Origin: Mytilus edulis
Taxonomy: Eukaryota
DNA: 64,000 nt
Assembly: GCF_963676685.1 (NCBI RefSeq)
Contig: NC_092345.1
Location: 104,470,001 to 104,534,000, forward strand
Direction: 5' to 3'
The position numbers and the translations under genes are program-made. Every line of letters starts with the position of its first letter. The stretch's first letter is position 1. The notes beneath the pieces were generated by a model. That model worked only from the letters and a program-made list of their open reading frames with translations, searched no databases and was not told where the DNA came from. Shown one piece after another: positions 36,458-50,200 of the stretch.

Positions 36458-39400
36458 CTTTCTTCTTCTTCTTATGGTATCCAGTTATCCATCAGATTTT
36501 TGATGATTACTAACTGCTGCGCATGCGTAGGATAATAATAAATAAATATTTACAAAAGAAAAGTGCCAAAAATAAACAAATACTAACATGACATGTGGTT
36601 AAAACTATTTATATAACTACTAGGTTTACTGTTTTATATTGTAGAGAACAGTAGGTGTCAACTGTTCTCTAAAAATATTTAAGGTTGGAGAAAGTACTAC
36701 CTTTGGAGGTAGTACATTCCATTGTGTGATAGTAAACGGAAAAAAGGAATATTTGTAACAGTCTTTAAATGTAAGTATGTGTCTGTAAGTTTGTGGATGG
36801 AATTGTCTGGTTCTATTGTCTGTTGGTATGAGTAAATCTGATGGTATGGCGACAATATGGTGAACAATTTTATAGAACATTATAAGTCTAGTTTTAAGTC
36901 TGCGTTGTTGTAAGGTAGGCCAATTTAAGGTATTGAGCATGTCTGTAACGCTACTGGTGTTGTGGTAACGATTGCAGGCATACCTAGCTGCCCGACGTTG
37001 AACCATCTCAAGTTTATTGCATTGTTCAGCAGTATGAGGGTTCCAAACCGAACAAGCATATTCTAGTTTTGGTCAGACAAGTGCTAGGTATGCCTGGGAC
37101 TTAATGTTTGTGATTGATGTTTTTAGATTTCTTTTTAGAAATCCTAGACTTTTATTTGCATTGCCAATGATGTTGTTTGTGTGCTGGTTCCATTTTAGGT
37201 CAGATTGCAGTGTTATACCAAGATATTTAGCTGCGGAGACAGATTCTAGTGTATGACTGTGGAGAATGTAGTCTTTTTTAATTGTATTTTTCTTATTTGA
37301 GGCTGTGAGAACTGTACATTTGTCTGGATGGAAAGCCATCAGCCAGTCTTCTTCCCACTTTGCAGCAGCATCAAGATCTTCCTGAAGACTATCACAATCT
37401 TCTTTAGATTTGATGCTTTTGTAAATGATGCTGTCGTCGGCGAACAGTCTGAGTTTACTGGTTTTCAAATATTCTGGTAGGTCGTTTATGTAAACCAGGA
37501 ATAGAACTGGACCCAGAACTGTTCCCTGTGGGACACCAGAAGTAACTGGAGCAACGTCTGATGACTCTCCATCCAGGACAACTGTGTGTGTGCGGTTTGA
37601 TAAAAAGGCAGAGATCCAGTTAAGTGTTTCATTTTGTATTCCATAGAAGTGTAGTTTGTATAAGAGTCTTTGATGTGGGACTTTGTCAAAGGCTTTGGCA
37701 AAGTCCATAATTACAAGGTCTGTTTGGGTGTTATTGTCTGAATTTGAAGCCAGTTCTTGTATAAAAGATAGAAGTTGTGTTTCACATGATCTAGAGTGTC
37801 TGAAGCCGTGCTGGAGGTCGTATAATAAATTGTTTTTTTCTAAGTGATTAATTAAATGTTTTGTTATGACATGTTCCATTAGTTTGCAACTGATACAAGT
37901 GAGAGAGATTGGTCTGTAGTTAACTGCGTTGTATTTTTCACCTTTTTTGTATGCTGGTGCGACATTTGCATGTTTCCAGTCAGATGGTATACAGCCAGAT
38001 GTAAGCGATTTCTGGAAAATAATGGTGAGGATAGGTGCCGTTATGTTTTGAAGTTGTTTTAGAACTCTGCCGCTGATGTTATCTGGGCCAGTGGCTTTGT
38101 GCGGATTGATGTTGTTTAAGAGTTTTTGTATGCCAGGTGTTGTAATTGTGAGTGATGGAATGACTGGATGAGGACTTGGTCCTTTATCAGGCATATTACT
38201 TGCTGTTTCGGTGGTAAAGACTGATTGGAATTGCTCATTTAAAATGTTGGCTTTTTGTTTTGTATCAGTTGTTAATTGTCCCTCTTTTTTCAGGGGAGCA
38301 ACTCCACTATTGTCAGTTCTGATGGATTTAATGTAAGAAAAGAGTTTTTTCGGTTTTGATTGGTTGCTGTAACTTTGGTCAGGGTCATTTGTTGGAAGGT
38401 CAAGGATCATTTTTTCTATGTATGTACAATAGGCACGTCTCTGTTCTTGTTGGACTTGTTGTTTAAGTTTTTTATATTTAAGTATATGCTTTTTGTCCTT
38501 TTTCATTTTAGAGTACAATTTATTCTTTTTATTTATCATTTTTCTGAGTGTGTTGTGCACCCAGGGAAGTCGGTGTTTATATGTTAACATTTTATGTGGG
38601 ATGTTTGTATCTATTGATTTTGTGATGTTGTTTTTAAATAAATCCCACATTTCGTTTATAGTACTGTTGTTGTTGTTATTCATAACAGTAAGCTCTTCGA
38701 GTGTTTTTTGAAGGTCTGCTTCTATGTTTTCCCAGTTCGCTTTGTCGTATTTGAGTATTTTTCTAGGTTGTTGTCTGATTTTACGAAGCCAAGTGTCAAT
38801 TTCTATGTAGACGATGTCATGGTCACTTAGTCCTAGTGGTGGAAGTGTGTTTACTTTGTTAACAGTTGTTGGATTGTTAACTAGGATTAAGTCTAATATT
38901 CTTTCTTTTCTAGTTGGTGTATTAACTATTCGTTGAAGGTTAAAATTTTCTAGTAATTCTAAAAGTTTATTATGATGTTCAGCGTCCGGTTTACCCGGTA
39001 TGACCTGAGGTATAGACCAGTCAATATGACCTAGGTTAAAGTCACCACCAATCATGATATTAGTATTTGATGATTGGTTGATTCTACTAAGTGATAGTTC
39101 TAGTTGTTGTAAAGATGTTCCTTTATCTGATGGTGGTCTGTAATATGCACCTATTAACAAGTTCTTACTACCAGTCATGTTTATTTGAGACCAAACTATT
39201 TCACAGTCAGTTTTAAGTTCGCTTACTTCTGTGCTTATAAGTTCTTTATTAATAGCAATAAGTACACCTCCATGACTTTGGTTATTTTTTTTTGGTGGTC
39301 TGTCTGATCTATAGACATTAAATAGTTCTGATGGAAAGAATTCATATGATGATATATTTTTGTCTAGCCATGTTTCAGTGCCTATGATTATATCAGGTTT

Positions 39401-39910
39401 AGATGAATCAATTAACTGATTGAGATCTTCTTTTTTATTTCGTATCGATTGAAAGTTTAGGTTAAGTATCCTGATAGGTTTTTGATTTTTAGTAGTGGCT
39501 TTTTGTGATGTTTTGACTTTCGGTTTTGATTTAGTCTTAACCATAGGCGATGAAGATGCCTGAGGAGCACCTAGGCTGTTATTGAGTGATGTATCACTCA
39601 TACTCCAGTTACTACTAGAATTTAATGATATGCTTGATTGGTTATTGAATAAGCTAGTGGAGAAATTTGGCATTCCACAATTTGTGCATTCCCAGCTAAT
39701 ATTACTAGCATTCATACACTCGTAGATGTGAGATGGAATACTCTGACAGTTAATGTGAAACCAAGTATCGCAGCTGTCGCAGCATAGTGCCTTTTGATTC
39801 CAGGTTACTGCTTTTAGGCATGTACCACATGGCCATCGTGGTTTTTTGTTTTGACACTTTTGTTTGGTAACAGGTTTACTTTTTGGTTTAATATTTTTCT
39901 TTACAGCAAG
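36458..39910 (-). mobile_element. CR1-clade LINE with PHD finger, APE endonuclease and RT; (AAG)n tail
   Basis: PHD CGTC..CDSC..WFH..C..WECTNC; APE GTETWL, GDFN, SDH; [17 protein letters not shown]; (ctt)n at 36458-36473. Confidence 0.94.
36626..39910 (-). pseudogene. CR1 ORF (PHD-EN-RT) interrupted by a single in-frame TGA
   Basis: ORFs 37073-39988 and 36626-37006 are in the same frame; LV*PKLEY corresponds to the conserved LVRPxLEY. Confidence 0.9.
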
Positions 39911-39945
39911 TAAGTGGTGTTCATTATAAAAGGAGGGTAAAACCC

Positions 39946-40556
39946 TAACGTAACGGTACCCAAATTGCACCGAGTACCCAAATTGCACCTATTTAGCAAA
40001 AATAGCAGCGGAAATCTTACAAGATTTCATAGAGACTAAACAATTTGTATTTTTATGATTTGATACTAAGCACATCTTTCAGCAAGGGTAAAACTTTTAA
40101 GATATGCCCAAAACGTTCACAGTATTTATCAACAGATAAAGTGTTTACTGAAAAAGCAAAATGTACTGCGACGTCATCTTTTTAAAATGAGCAAATACAA
40201 TATGTTACAAGTATCCATTTAAAAAAAAATGAAGATTAAGCAGGTACTAATATCCAATTGTTCGAAATATTTGAAGAAATTAAACAAAAGCTCTGTTATT
40301 AGACTTTTGACGATGTGAATTAAAGCATGGATGCAATTTGGGTACTCCTCATTTCAGAATCATTGCTGGTTTGGAGGTCAGTTTAGACCAGTTTTTCTAT
40401 GCTTCCATATGGAATAAAAATCAAATTGGTGTACCTTTTTGATAAAGAAGGATACGGCTACAAAATAAACACAGAATAGACATTGTTGTCTTTATCATAA
40501 AAAAACGTAGATGAAAAAACTGTCAAAATAGGTGCAATTTGGGTACCGTCACGTTA
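39946..40556. mobile_element. TA-flanked MITE, same family as 28065-30814
   Basis: TIR taacgtaacggtacccaaattgcac / gtgcaatttgggtaccgtcacgtta. Confidence 0.9.
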
Positions 40557-42494
40557 CATACATTCATGTTCAGAGCAACGCAAATATGCATGTCATATCA
40601 AATTCTAACAGTACATACCTTTTTATAATAAAGAAAATTACGTTCAAAAATAAAGTACGGGAACAAAATAAACAATGGCCAAAATGCTTTCTGAATAAAA
40701 TTTTATGGTAAACCCCGAGACAACCCGAAAAAGGTACAACCAATGACAATTTAAATTTATAAAATGCAACGCACAAGAATGGCCTAGAAAAAAATGTTAT
40801 CTCCCTTTTCCTTTATTATATGATTTCTTTAAAACATTTTTTCATATAAGAGATGCTAAAGTGAATTTCAGTGGTCCAGGATGACGCCCCCAAATGAGAG
40901 GCATTGAAAATGGTAATTTAGTTGATAGCATTTAAGTAAGATGCTGCAAGATGTATACATATATAAAAAAAAAAATCCCCCAACTTATGTCAATGTGAAA
41001 TTTTGAAATAATAATTTGCCTTTATCACTCAGTATGGTTCAATTTGGTAAAAATAAACTAAGAAACATCATGATGAGTTATTCACTTGCAAGTGAAAAAT
41101 TCGAGCTCATTGTATTTGTATTCATGCTGAGACTACTATGTGTTATAGAAGTCTCAGATTTGTGTGACCATCAATTAACACCATAGAAAGAGATGGATCA
41201 CTATGAATTATGCATGTTAGTTATAAAAAGGAAAAGAATGTCAACATTGAAAGTGAAACTAAGGTAAACTATTTGTTTGACTGATTCCATCCCCCAAAAC
41301 TCATTTTTATACAGGTAAAAATTATGATTAACACATTTTCTTAAACTTCAATGTGAAATTAAACAGACATACAAAAATCCAATTGTGACGAGTTCACTTT
41401 CTATTTATATCTAAATATATGTTTATATTGCTTATATGTCTTCAAAGGTCTTCAATAGTTAGATGGCCTCTAGACTAAAATACAAACAAAACTATGGTAC
41501 ATATTATTGAGCCCATGCCTTGTAAATTGTTTATTTTAGACTTTTCATAAATTGGATATATGTTTAAGAATGTTAAAAAGAATATGAGATTTTCAGTCAA
41601 ATTCGTGAACTTGAAATTGACAGCCAATGCCCTTTTAATGTGTCGATCCAATATTCTTTGAAAAATTAGTGCATTTCACCCAAATATACTGTTATGTATT
41701 AGTCCAGTAAATTTTAATGAATAAAGTTTTTAAACATCTCATAAAAATTGAAATATTTGCTTACAGAAAATTCAAATGTTTGCTACCAGGGGTGGATTTT
41801 GGATTTTGAAAAAGGAAGAGCAGGCTTACAAAGCCAATGTATGGAGTGATAATTTTGAAAAGGTTTATACATTTATTATATAATCATGAACCTCCATAAG
41901 GGGGCCAGGCCACCTGCCCTCTTAAATCCCCCTAGCTACCTTCCTATTTTCAATAGACTGGTGTCGTTACGCTATGCCATGCTCTTAATCATTAGTAATT
42001 AGATAATGAAGGCAGGCTCAAAGGACAGCAACATCATAAACAGGAACACAGGATCTTTTTCAAATGCCAAGACAAAAATTTACTTTTGAAAGACTACATA
42101 ATATTTTTATTTTGCTTCAAACTACAAATTGGCAAGTTGTTTATCAGCAACACCAGACAAAATTAATGATCAACAACAGCCTCTTTACAGTCTTTGTCAT
42201 AAGAAAATATGTATTAAGCTTAAAAAAAAATTAAGGACAATTTATGAACTTAATAGCTTTATAATTGATGTAAGGTTATTGTATATAGTGAAAGTGACAT
42301 TTGTTGATAAAGAGTTAATGCGTATAGAGAAATGTAAAAGATGTTTTAAAGATAATGGTGAAGTAATGTCTTTAAAACCTTTATGAATACCAAAAGCAAT
42401 TTGTTGTAATGAATTCTTATGGCTGACTGTGTATTTGTCTAGCTTTTACTGCCTATAATGTTATTTATGTTTCTGTGTAAAGTTTTGTTTATGA

Positions 42495-43102
42495 TAGAGT
42501 GGGGTGCTCATTTTCGCCATATCTTTCGATGTTTTCTACAGTTTATGTTCAGGTCTATATGTTTTTGAAGTATACTGATATTTCTATATGAAGATAACTT
42601 CAAATGCAAAACATTCCTAAGCTTGAAAACATGTTTGTTTGAAAATAATCATCTGTAAAGTTAGATTAAAAGGTGTTTGAAATTTCCTGAAGTTTTGTCA
42701 ATGGGGGACACATATTCGCCGTTTTTACACATCTATTTAAAACCAAAAAACTGCAGCTTTATATAATATTCATCATATAAATTTCATTATAGATGAACAG
42801 CAGACATTTCAAAGGTGTAAAAAAACAGAAATTTAGGCCAATCAGTCAAAAAAATGCTAAGAAAAAAATCTTTGAAAATCCTGTTTTTCATTCAGGAAAT
42901 TGACCGAAAATCGTTGTCTGTTTTTCTATCTTTTGCAGTAAGTGTTGTAATTTTGTTTAAGTTTAAAAAATAATCATATTTGTTATAAAATTATAATTTA
43001 TCGGCATAATTCTTCCATTTCAGCCATCATGTGAAGTGTTAACACCTCAAAATCATAAAACGGTGAAATTGTGTCCCCGGCGAATATGGGCCCCCCACTC
43101 TA
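42495..43102. mobile_element. TA-flanked MITE
   Basis: TIR tagagtggggtgctcattttcgcc / ggcgaatatgggccccccactcta. Confidence 0.75.
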
Positions 43103-46100
43103 GTGTTTTTGTCTTTTTTCTACTGGCTATGGTATTGTCCGTGTAGTAATGTTTCTTCTTTAACTGATCTTTTTTAATTGGTTTCTTTTCATCTTTGCAA
43201 TTATACTGTGAGCTTATTTCATCTTTACTTTTGTAGCTGTTATACAAATTGATTTAAACAAAGTCAAATTTATCTTAAAATATCATTTATTGTAAATAAT
43301 TCATTAAAATAATTCTTTAATCATTTAAAGCAATAAATCAAATAAATATTATAGAAATAAAATATCACATTTATTAGTCTTTCAGTAATATTGTTTACAA
43401 TATAATATCACTTCGGGTCAGACAACATATTTAAGGTTTAACCAATTTTCTACAAGTTGAATTATAAGAGAATGTTTTTAACATGTTTGATAAGTATTAT
43501 TGGCACAAAAACAGAAAGATTAATACACATTTGTTTAAAGCACTACAACTGAAGTTCACAATTACAATACACAAAATGTTAAATTAATAGCATAAAATCA
43601 TATCTGTGGTACTAACAGTTATATGGATTTTGAGATTGACATTAACGAGAATTTTAGAAAACAACATAATCCTGTATCCAGGACGATTCCATTTTTTTTT
43701 TTAATTTAAGAAAGCTGGTATTAACGAAAATAAAATATTTTCTAATTTCTTGACAATAAAAGACCTGTAACTCTGCAAAACACATCTAAAAAGACATCAA
43801 AGCAAGCCTGAATACCATACTCCCAAAATAGTGATAATGAAAATTATAAAATCAATGCATATAGATTTTCACTTTTTGAGGAAAACATAGTATATTTCAT
43901 TTAAAGCATTTTGATATGATCCCCTTGCTCTTTGTTTTGTAAATTTAAATACACATGGATAACTTTTAGCCCTCGAGTTAACCAAGGTCATATTAAGATT
44001 ATTCAGCAGTATGTTGTTCAGCAGTAATCAAAATATACAAATATATATAAATATAAAACATCATATATATAACCTAAGTTAAGAAATACATATAATCATG
44101 GGCAGTCACTCTGTCACAAATGTAACAGATTTCAAGTACAAACATTAAACTAAAAAAAATAAACAAAAGGTTGCAAATCTTGTTGTGCTAGCTATACTCC
44201 TATTGTAGTTCAGAGTATCAAAAAAGAACAAGCAGATAGTTTTCTGACAGATACAATAAGCAAATGAGAAATGCCTGTTGCTCAACAAAGAAATGTATGA
44301 CAAAATATTTTAATTCATTTATCACATTGAATATAGGTCAACAAAAAGGGTGTGTCTAACACATCCAAACAAACAGCTGTGCCAAGAACCAATGATATGC
44401 CTTGATAATGCATATCGAAAGCTCTGTGGAAAAACATGTCTTTCAAATTGAACAGTTTGTTATGTTTACCAATTCCAATAATTATGTAGTCATTGTACAG
44501 ACATATCAAACATATTTTCTGGTCAAACAGAGGAACAAGGTGATTGCAAATTGAGTGGGGTTTAATATAAAAGACAATCAAGGGCTATAACAATTTCTTT
44601 GTTAAACATTCTATCATTATACATATTAAAAAATAAATAAGTATTTTATGGACGGACATCCAATAACAAATTGAACCATGACACAGAATTTTATTGATGA
44701 CATAAGGCTATCAGATACACACATTCTATAATAAATAAAACAATATTATAGACAGAAAATATCTAAAGACATATATTTTTCGTGCAAACTTGACTTCACC
44801 ATCAAAATATAAAACTTAAGCATGGTAAGAACAGTGTATATTTCAAGAAAGTCAGAACAAAGATGTGTGGTCAACATACTTATATCATGTTTTCTTTTTT
44901 GTCAGAAACAGTTTCAGATAGGAATAAACTAATTGAAATTAATAGACATATAATTTTATAAAGTATCTTTTAAATACAGGAAGACAATTGGATGAATAAA
45001 ATATAAGATACTTGCTGGATTAATAGGAACCCAGTCATTCCTTAAAGATGAGTCTTCTTAAAATGGCAGACAATTTGTAATGAGCACATCCATGAATGAT
45101 CATACAAGCAAATGAATGAAACAACTGAAAAAAACATCACTAAATCATGCTTCTCTAAGCAGGGGAATAATAAAGACAACATCAGAACTTTATTATACCT
45201 TTTAAAAAAGTAATGATTTTTTTTTAGAATTTGAATACAAACCCATCCTTCCTTCTTGTGCACCCCTTTCCCAAAATCATACAAATTGCAGTATTTCAAA
45301 TTGATACAATTTAAAAAAATATTTAAATAAACTCTGCTAGTAAAAATATCTTTACACAGGTATAAGTTCTGATAATTCTACCAATAAAGAGTATCAATAT
45401 CTCAATACATTACTCTTAAGTTTACAAGGTTTTTTATTACATATTTAGCACAAAGTGTACACATGGAGGAAATATTGGACGTAAATTGAAAAAATCTTTA
45501 CAATATCATGTACAGTGGTTGACTTTAATGGAGGTTGAGGATTTGATTATCAAACTTCAGAGATGAAAATACACATGAATCAATTATCCTTAAACATGAT
45601 CAACTAAATTTTTATTTTAAAGAAAATCAATGATGTGAAAAATTATTTTTTATTTCTTGTAAGTCTTGCAATGTTCAGAAAATAAAAAGGTTATTTATCA
45701 ATTAATCAAAAAAAAACTTTCTTCCATCAATAAAATTGAGAATGGAAATGTGGATTGTGTCAAAGAGACAACAACATGACCATAGAGCAGACAACAACAG
45801 AAGGTCACCAACAGGTCTTCAATGCAGCGAAAAAATCCAGCACTCTGAGGTGTCCTTCAGCTGGCCCCTAAACAAATATATATACTAGTTAAGTGATAAT
45901 GCTTGCCTTACTAAACTCCAAATTGTACATAAGAAACTAAAATTAAAAATAATACAAGACTAACAAAGGCCAGAGGCTCCTGACTAAAGACATTCCGGCG
46001 CATGCATGTATTCCATGCAAATTCACCTTAGAAATCAGGTGATACACATGTAAAATTGTCCTACCAAACACAGTGACTTGTTTGTTACCTGTTACATTAT

Positions 46101-47189
46101 TTGAGATATTGTCCACAAAAAAGAAAAGGATTTTTAATGCATGTGTAAGAAACTTTTCTTCAATATTGATTAGGGAAAGTTAGATTATATATCTCTTATT
46201 ATAATCTGAGGTAATGAAATTCATGAGATAAGGTACTAGTGTACATCTATAATGGGTATTTTTTTCCAAAGTGTAACATTGTTCTAGTACACAAAAATCA
46301 AATAAAAATGACTTTACACTCAGTTTAAAATTAGAATGTAGTATAAAAAAAAGACAGAATCTGGTCATACTTTATATTCAATTATTGAACTAATATACAA
46401 AAAAAATATTTGAGTTATCTCCCCTTAGAAAAGATTTTAAAATTTTAATCATTCTTGCTTATACTGTATTTGTTGTTGCCATCATACAAAAGCCTAACAA
46501 TGACTTTCATTCCTGCATCCACAGGACAAGGTACATTTTGGGGCTAATTAGTCACTGTATTAATTACAGAAAAGAAAAATGTTGCTTGATATCATTTTGT
46601 AATCTTTAGCATCCTAAGACACTTTAAAAAATGCTAATACCAGCCAAGCCATTATTACACAATTTTACTGTGACAAATTTGTTAAAATATTCACTATTTT
46701 ACAGAATTTACTGTCGTTTCATGGCTGTCAAAAACATGAAAAGGTTAATTTTTTTGATAGATTTTTTTTTGGATCATTTTTTGTGAAAGTACATACATAG
46801 TTTGAAATGTATTGGCGCCTTATCATACCTTGTTCTTTGCTTATAAAATTTTGTTAATATTCTTGACCTATCATTTGCTGTTATTTCTGATTCAAGAGAG
46901 TAAACAACTGTCATACTACATGTATCAGTATTTCACAACATTCTCATTTGATAACTAGGTTTTTTGGTATAAAGTTATTCCTTATTACTGAATTTTACAA
47001 ATATATATATAGATGACACATTCATAATATAAATATCTTCTTCTGATTTAATAACTATGATGAACTAATTAATCCTTTTTATCAATCCATCATAGGTACA
47101 TGTACATCCTGTGTATATAATTTTTATTTTACTTCTACATGTATTTTTACTCTACAATTTAATCTCAGTAACCAACACCTAGGTACAAG

Positions 47190-47276
47190 CTATCCTGCCA
47201 AATGTCTTAATCTCTCGTTCAGATCTTTTTCTCTTTGTAACAATGTCTGAGAGTGCTTTCTGTAGGCTTCAAATTC
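47190..47276 (-). CDS. CCDC89: CCDC89 last exon EFEAYRKHSQTLLQREKDLNERLRHLAG*
   Basis: ttttgtag acceptor; conserved C-terminus; TAG. Confidence 0.9.
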   Translation of the reverse strand, partial: EFEAYRKHSQTLLQREKDLNERLRHLAG

Positions 47277-50200
47277 CTACAAAATAAATTAAAATATATG
47301 TTTAATTTGCATTGAAGACAAAGTCTAAGGGCATACTGTGAAAGTTCTTTTATTCGTGGGTATCAATTTGCATGGTTTGAGCAAAAGTTACATGTTCCTG
47401 GGTTCTTAAATTCATGGATCTTAGTTATTTGAAAGAAAAAATATCAGGTGAAGAATTTAAAGCCATCTGAAATGAAAAGTCGAGAAATTAAATATATATT
47501 ATTTTATGAAAGTGGGACATTGCAAAATAAGGTGGTTTTTTCTCTCGCTTACTTTTTTTTACATCTTTTATTACTGACAACATTCATAAAACTTTTAATA
47601 AATCATTTATTATAGAAAAAGATTGACTCACAAAATATTCTCTAGTGGAGGATATTGCAAAGTAAACATTTTAAGTGTTGCACATTAGACCTATGATGTT
47701 CTACTACCTTACAATTCCAGATGGATTACCTCCCTTACTACCGTACCTTTAAAATTTCCAAAAAAAAGAATAGTAGGAATAGATAATATTACTTACTTTG
47801 ACAACTTCTGTATATTTATGACCTGCATCTGATGCCTCTTCTCTCAGTCGTCTCACCTGTAGGTTGGCATTCACTGCTGTAGCCTCTCTTCTGCAAGAAC
47901 AGATTATATAAATTCATGAAACAATAATAAATGAAATAAATGACCATTAAAAAAAGCCATCACTCAATAAGAAACATCTTTTGTCACTATAAGGAGACCA
48001 CTTTAGAATCAATAATCTAATATGTTCCCATCATATTATATCAGATTATTACATGGCATTTTTCATATCGCATGTATTATCAGCCCTAGGTTCAATATCA
48101 GCCCAAGAGCCGCATGGCTCGAGGGCTGATATATTGACCGAGGGCTGATAATACATGCGATATGAAAAATGACATGTTATGATCTTTTTATCATATGCTT
48201 CAACAATGGAGAAAAATAACTGATTCGTATATTGATCTTTTTACGTGGTTCTGTAATAGAAGTTTGAAGATTGAAAAGTTCACAGACGTCGGACCCCAAA
48301 TTTAGTACATTCGATATGAAATTTTTCTATCATTTGCCTCAACAGAGAAGAAACACATTCTAATATGGACGAATTGACAAAAACCAACAAAAATTAACAA
48401 TACACATAATGAAGACTGTTTGGCAACTTTTTGATGTAACTTTCTAAATTATGTTTGAAACTTTTAAACAATGCATTTATTTAATAAAAAAATTTTCGTG
48501 TTTTTGTGTTGTTTTTTTTTGTTTATCATTTCACGAAATATGATTTCCAGCATCCAAATGATTGTTTTGTACACTACTTTGTAATGGTTTTCACTGAAAA
48601 CGTAGCATTGAGGTGTATTTTCTGGAATTTGCTGAGTATCACCGGAATGCCATGCGATAACGTTACGGAAAGGCATGTGATAACAATCGAAGCATGTGAT
48701 AAACTTTTCATATCAGCCCGCTAAGGACCAATTCGAAAAATATGGAATTTAAGTTAATTTAATGGTATTATCATACAGTAAAAATCATACGTTATTTAGT
48801 CTAAGTATATGATAAATAGAGAATATCATATGGCTTTTTCAATATCGCATCCTTATCAACCTGAGACACCAATATAATCTTGGGATTATATTGGTTGAGG
48901 GTTGATATGGTGTGTGATATTGAAAAAGCCATATCATATACACTTTATTATATACATATACCTCAAGTAGATGGTTTTTTTTGTGACATGACGTCATACA
49001 GATAAGGAGGTTTGAAATGACGTCATACAGATTATAGGTTTGCAAGACGTCATACAGATTAGGGATTTGAAAACCTTTGCAATAGTGACTGCAATTGATG
49101 ATGTGACGTCATACAGATTAAAGGTGTGATAAAGCTTTTGTAACCGTGCTGATATCGATATCATTACGGGTGGCTGATATAGCAAGCTTGGCAATGATTT
49201 TATTACACATACAATTTATCTGTATTAACTATTAAGTATATAATAAATATGAATATTTGATTTTTGGTGTTTTAACATCACTTTTAAAGGTCAATTTTTG
49301 GCTATTTCGTGGTGGCAAGTTTTTATTGGTGGAGGAAGCCTTTGTCCCCTGAAAAAACTACCAACCATGATAGGAAAACTGACAATCCTATTCAATTAAG
49401 ATTGGAGTTGAATGCACCTGTACAGGCAGGGTTTGAATTCACATACTCAGTGTTGACTGGCTAGTGTTTACAGTAGATCTACTTAGACCACTTGGCCATC
49501 AAGGCCTATAATATAAAGATAATAAATATTCTTTATGACAACAATAAAAATGTTATGTTTTTATCAGATTAATTAAGGGAATAATTTGATTTTTTTGTTC
49601 TTCATCCCAAAGTCACAGTGAAGTCGTCACTGTCAGTAATAACAAATAAACTGGAGGTTTTATTTCACTACAAGACTCAACTTACTCAAATTTTTCTTCC
49701 ATTGTTTGAACAGCTTTTTCCATGTCTTCAATCCTTCTTTGTAATTTCTTATTCTCTGTTTGTTCTCGCTAAAATATTAATTAGATATATATATTAGTAT
49801 GAAAATAACAAAAAAAATCCTTTAATAAATTGGTTGACATAATGTGTCAATTCCTAGCTAACTATTCCTTAATTATTGTACCATTGTCTCATTGACACCT
49901 ATCAAATATCTTTTCTTTATACATGATGCATGTTACTTATAAGAATGTATACCTGAACTATCTTCCCTCGCTGCATAGCCAGATCTAACAATTCATCCTT
50001 TTCCTTGGTAAGTTGCTGTATCCTCTGTTGAGACTCCACATCTAAGGATTTTCTCCCTTCAATCTGATTCTGTAGTTTGTAATTAGCACCTTTAATAAAA
50101 ACACATAAGTTTCAATAAATATCTTTCTATTATATTATATTTGAAATATATTTACACCTTATTTGGCTCGTTTAATTTTCATTAAATTTTGAAAAAGTAT

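Noticed and set aside
39911-39988. N-terminus [13 protein letters not shown] of the 971-aa ORF
   Set aside because: Read from the TIR of the adjacent MITE and flanking DNA, so it is not part of the LINE protein.
49400-49506. tRNA gene
   Set aside because: A and B boxes are present but there is no convincing cloverleaf, and it continues into a SINE body and tail.
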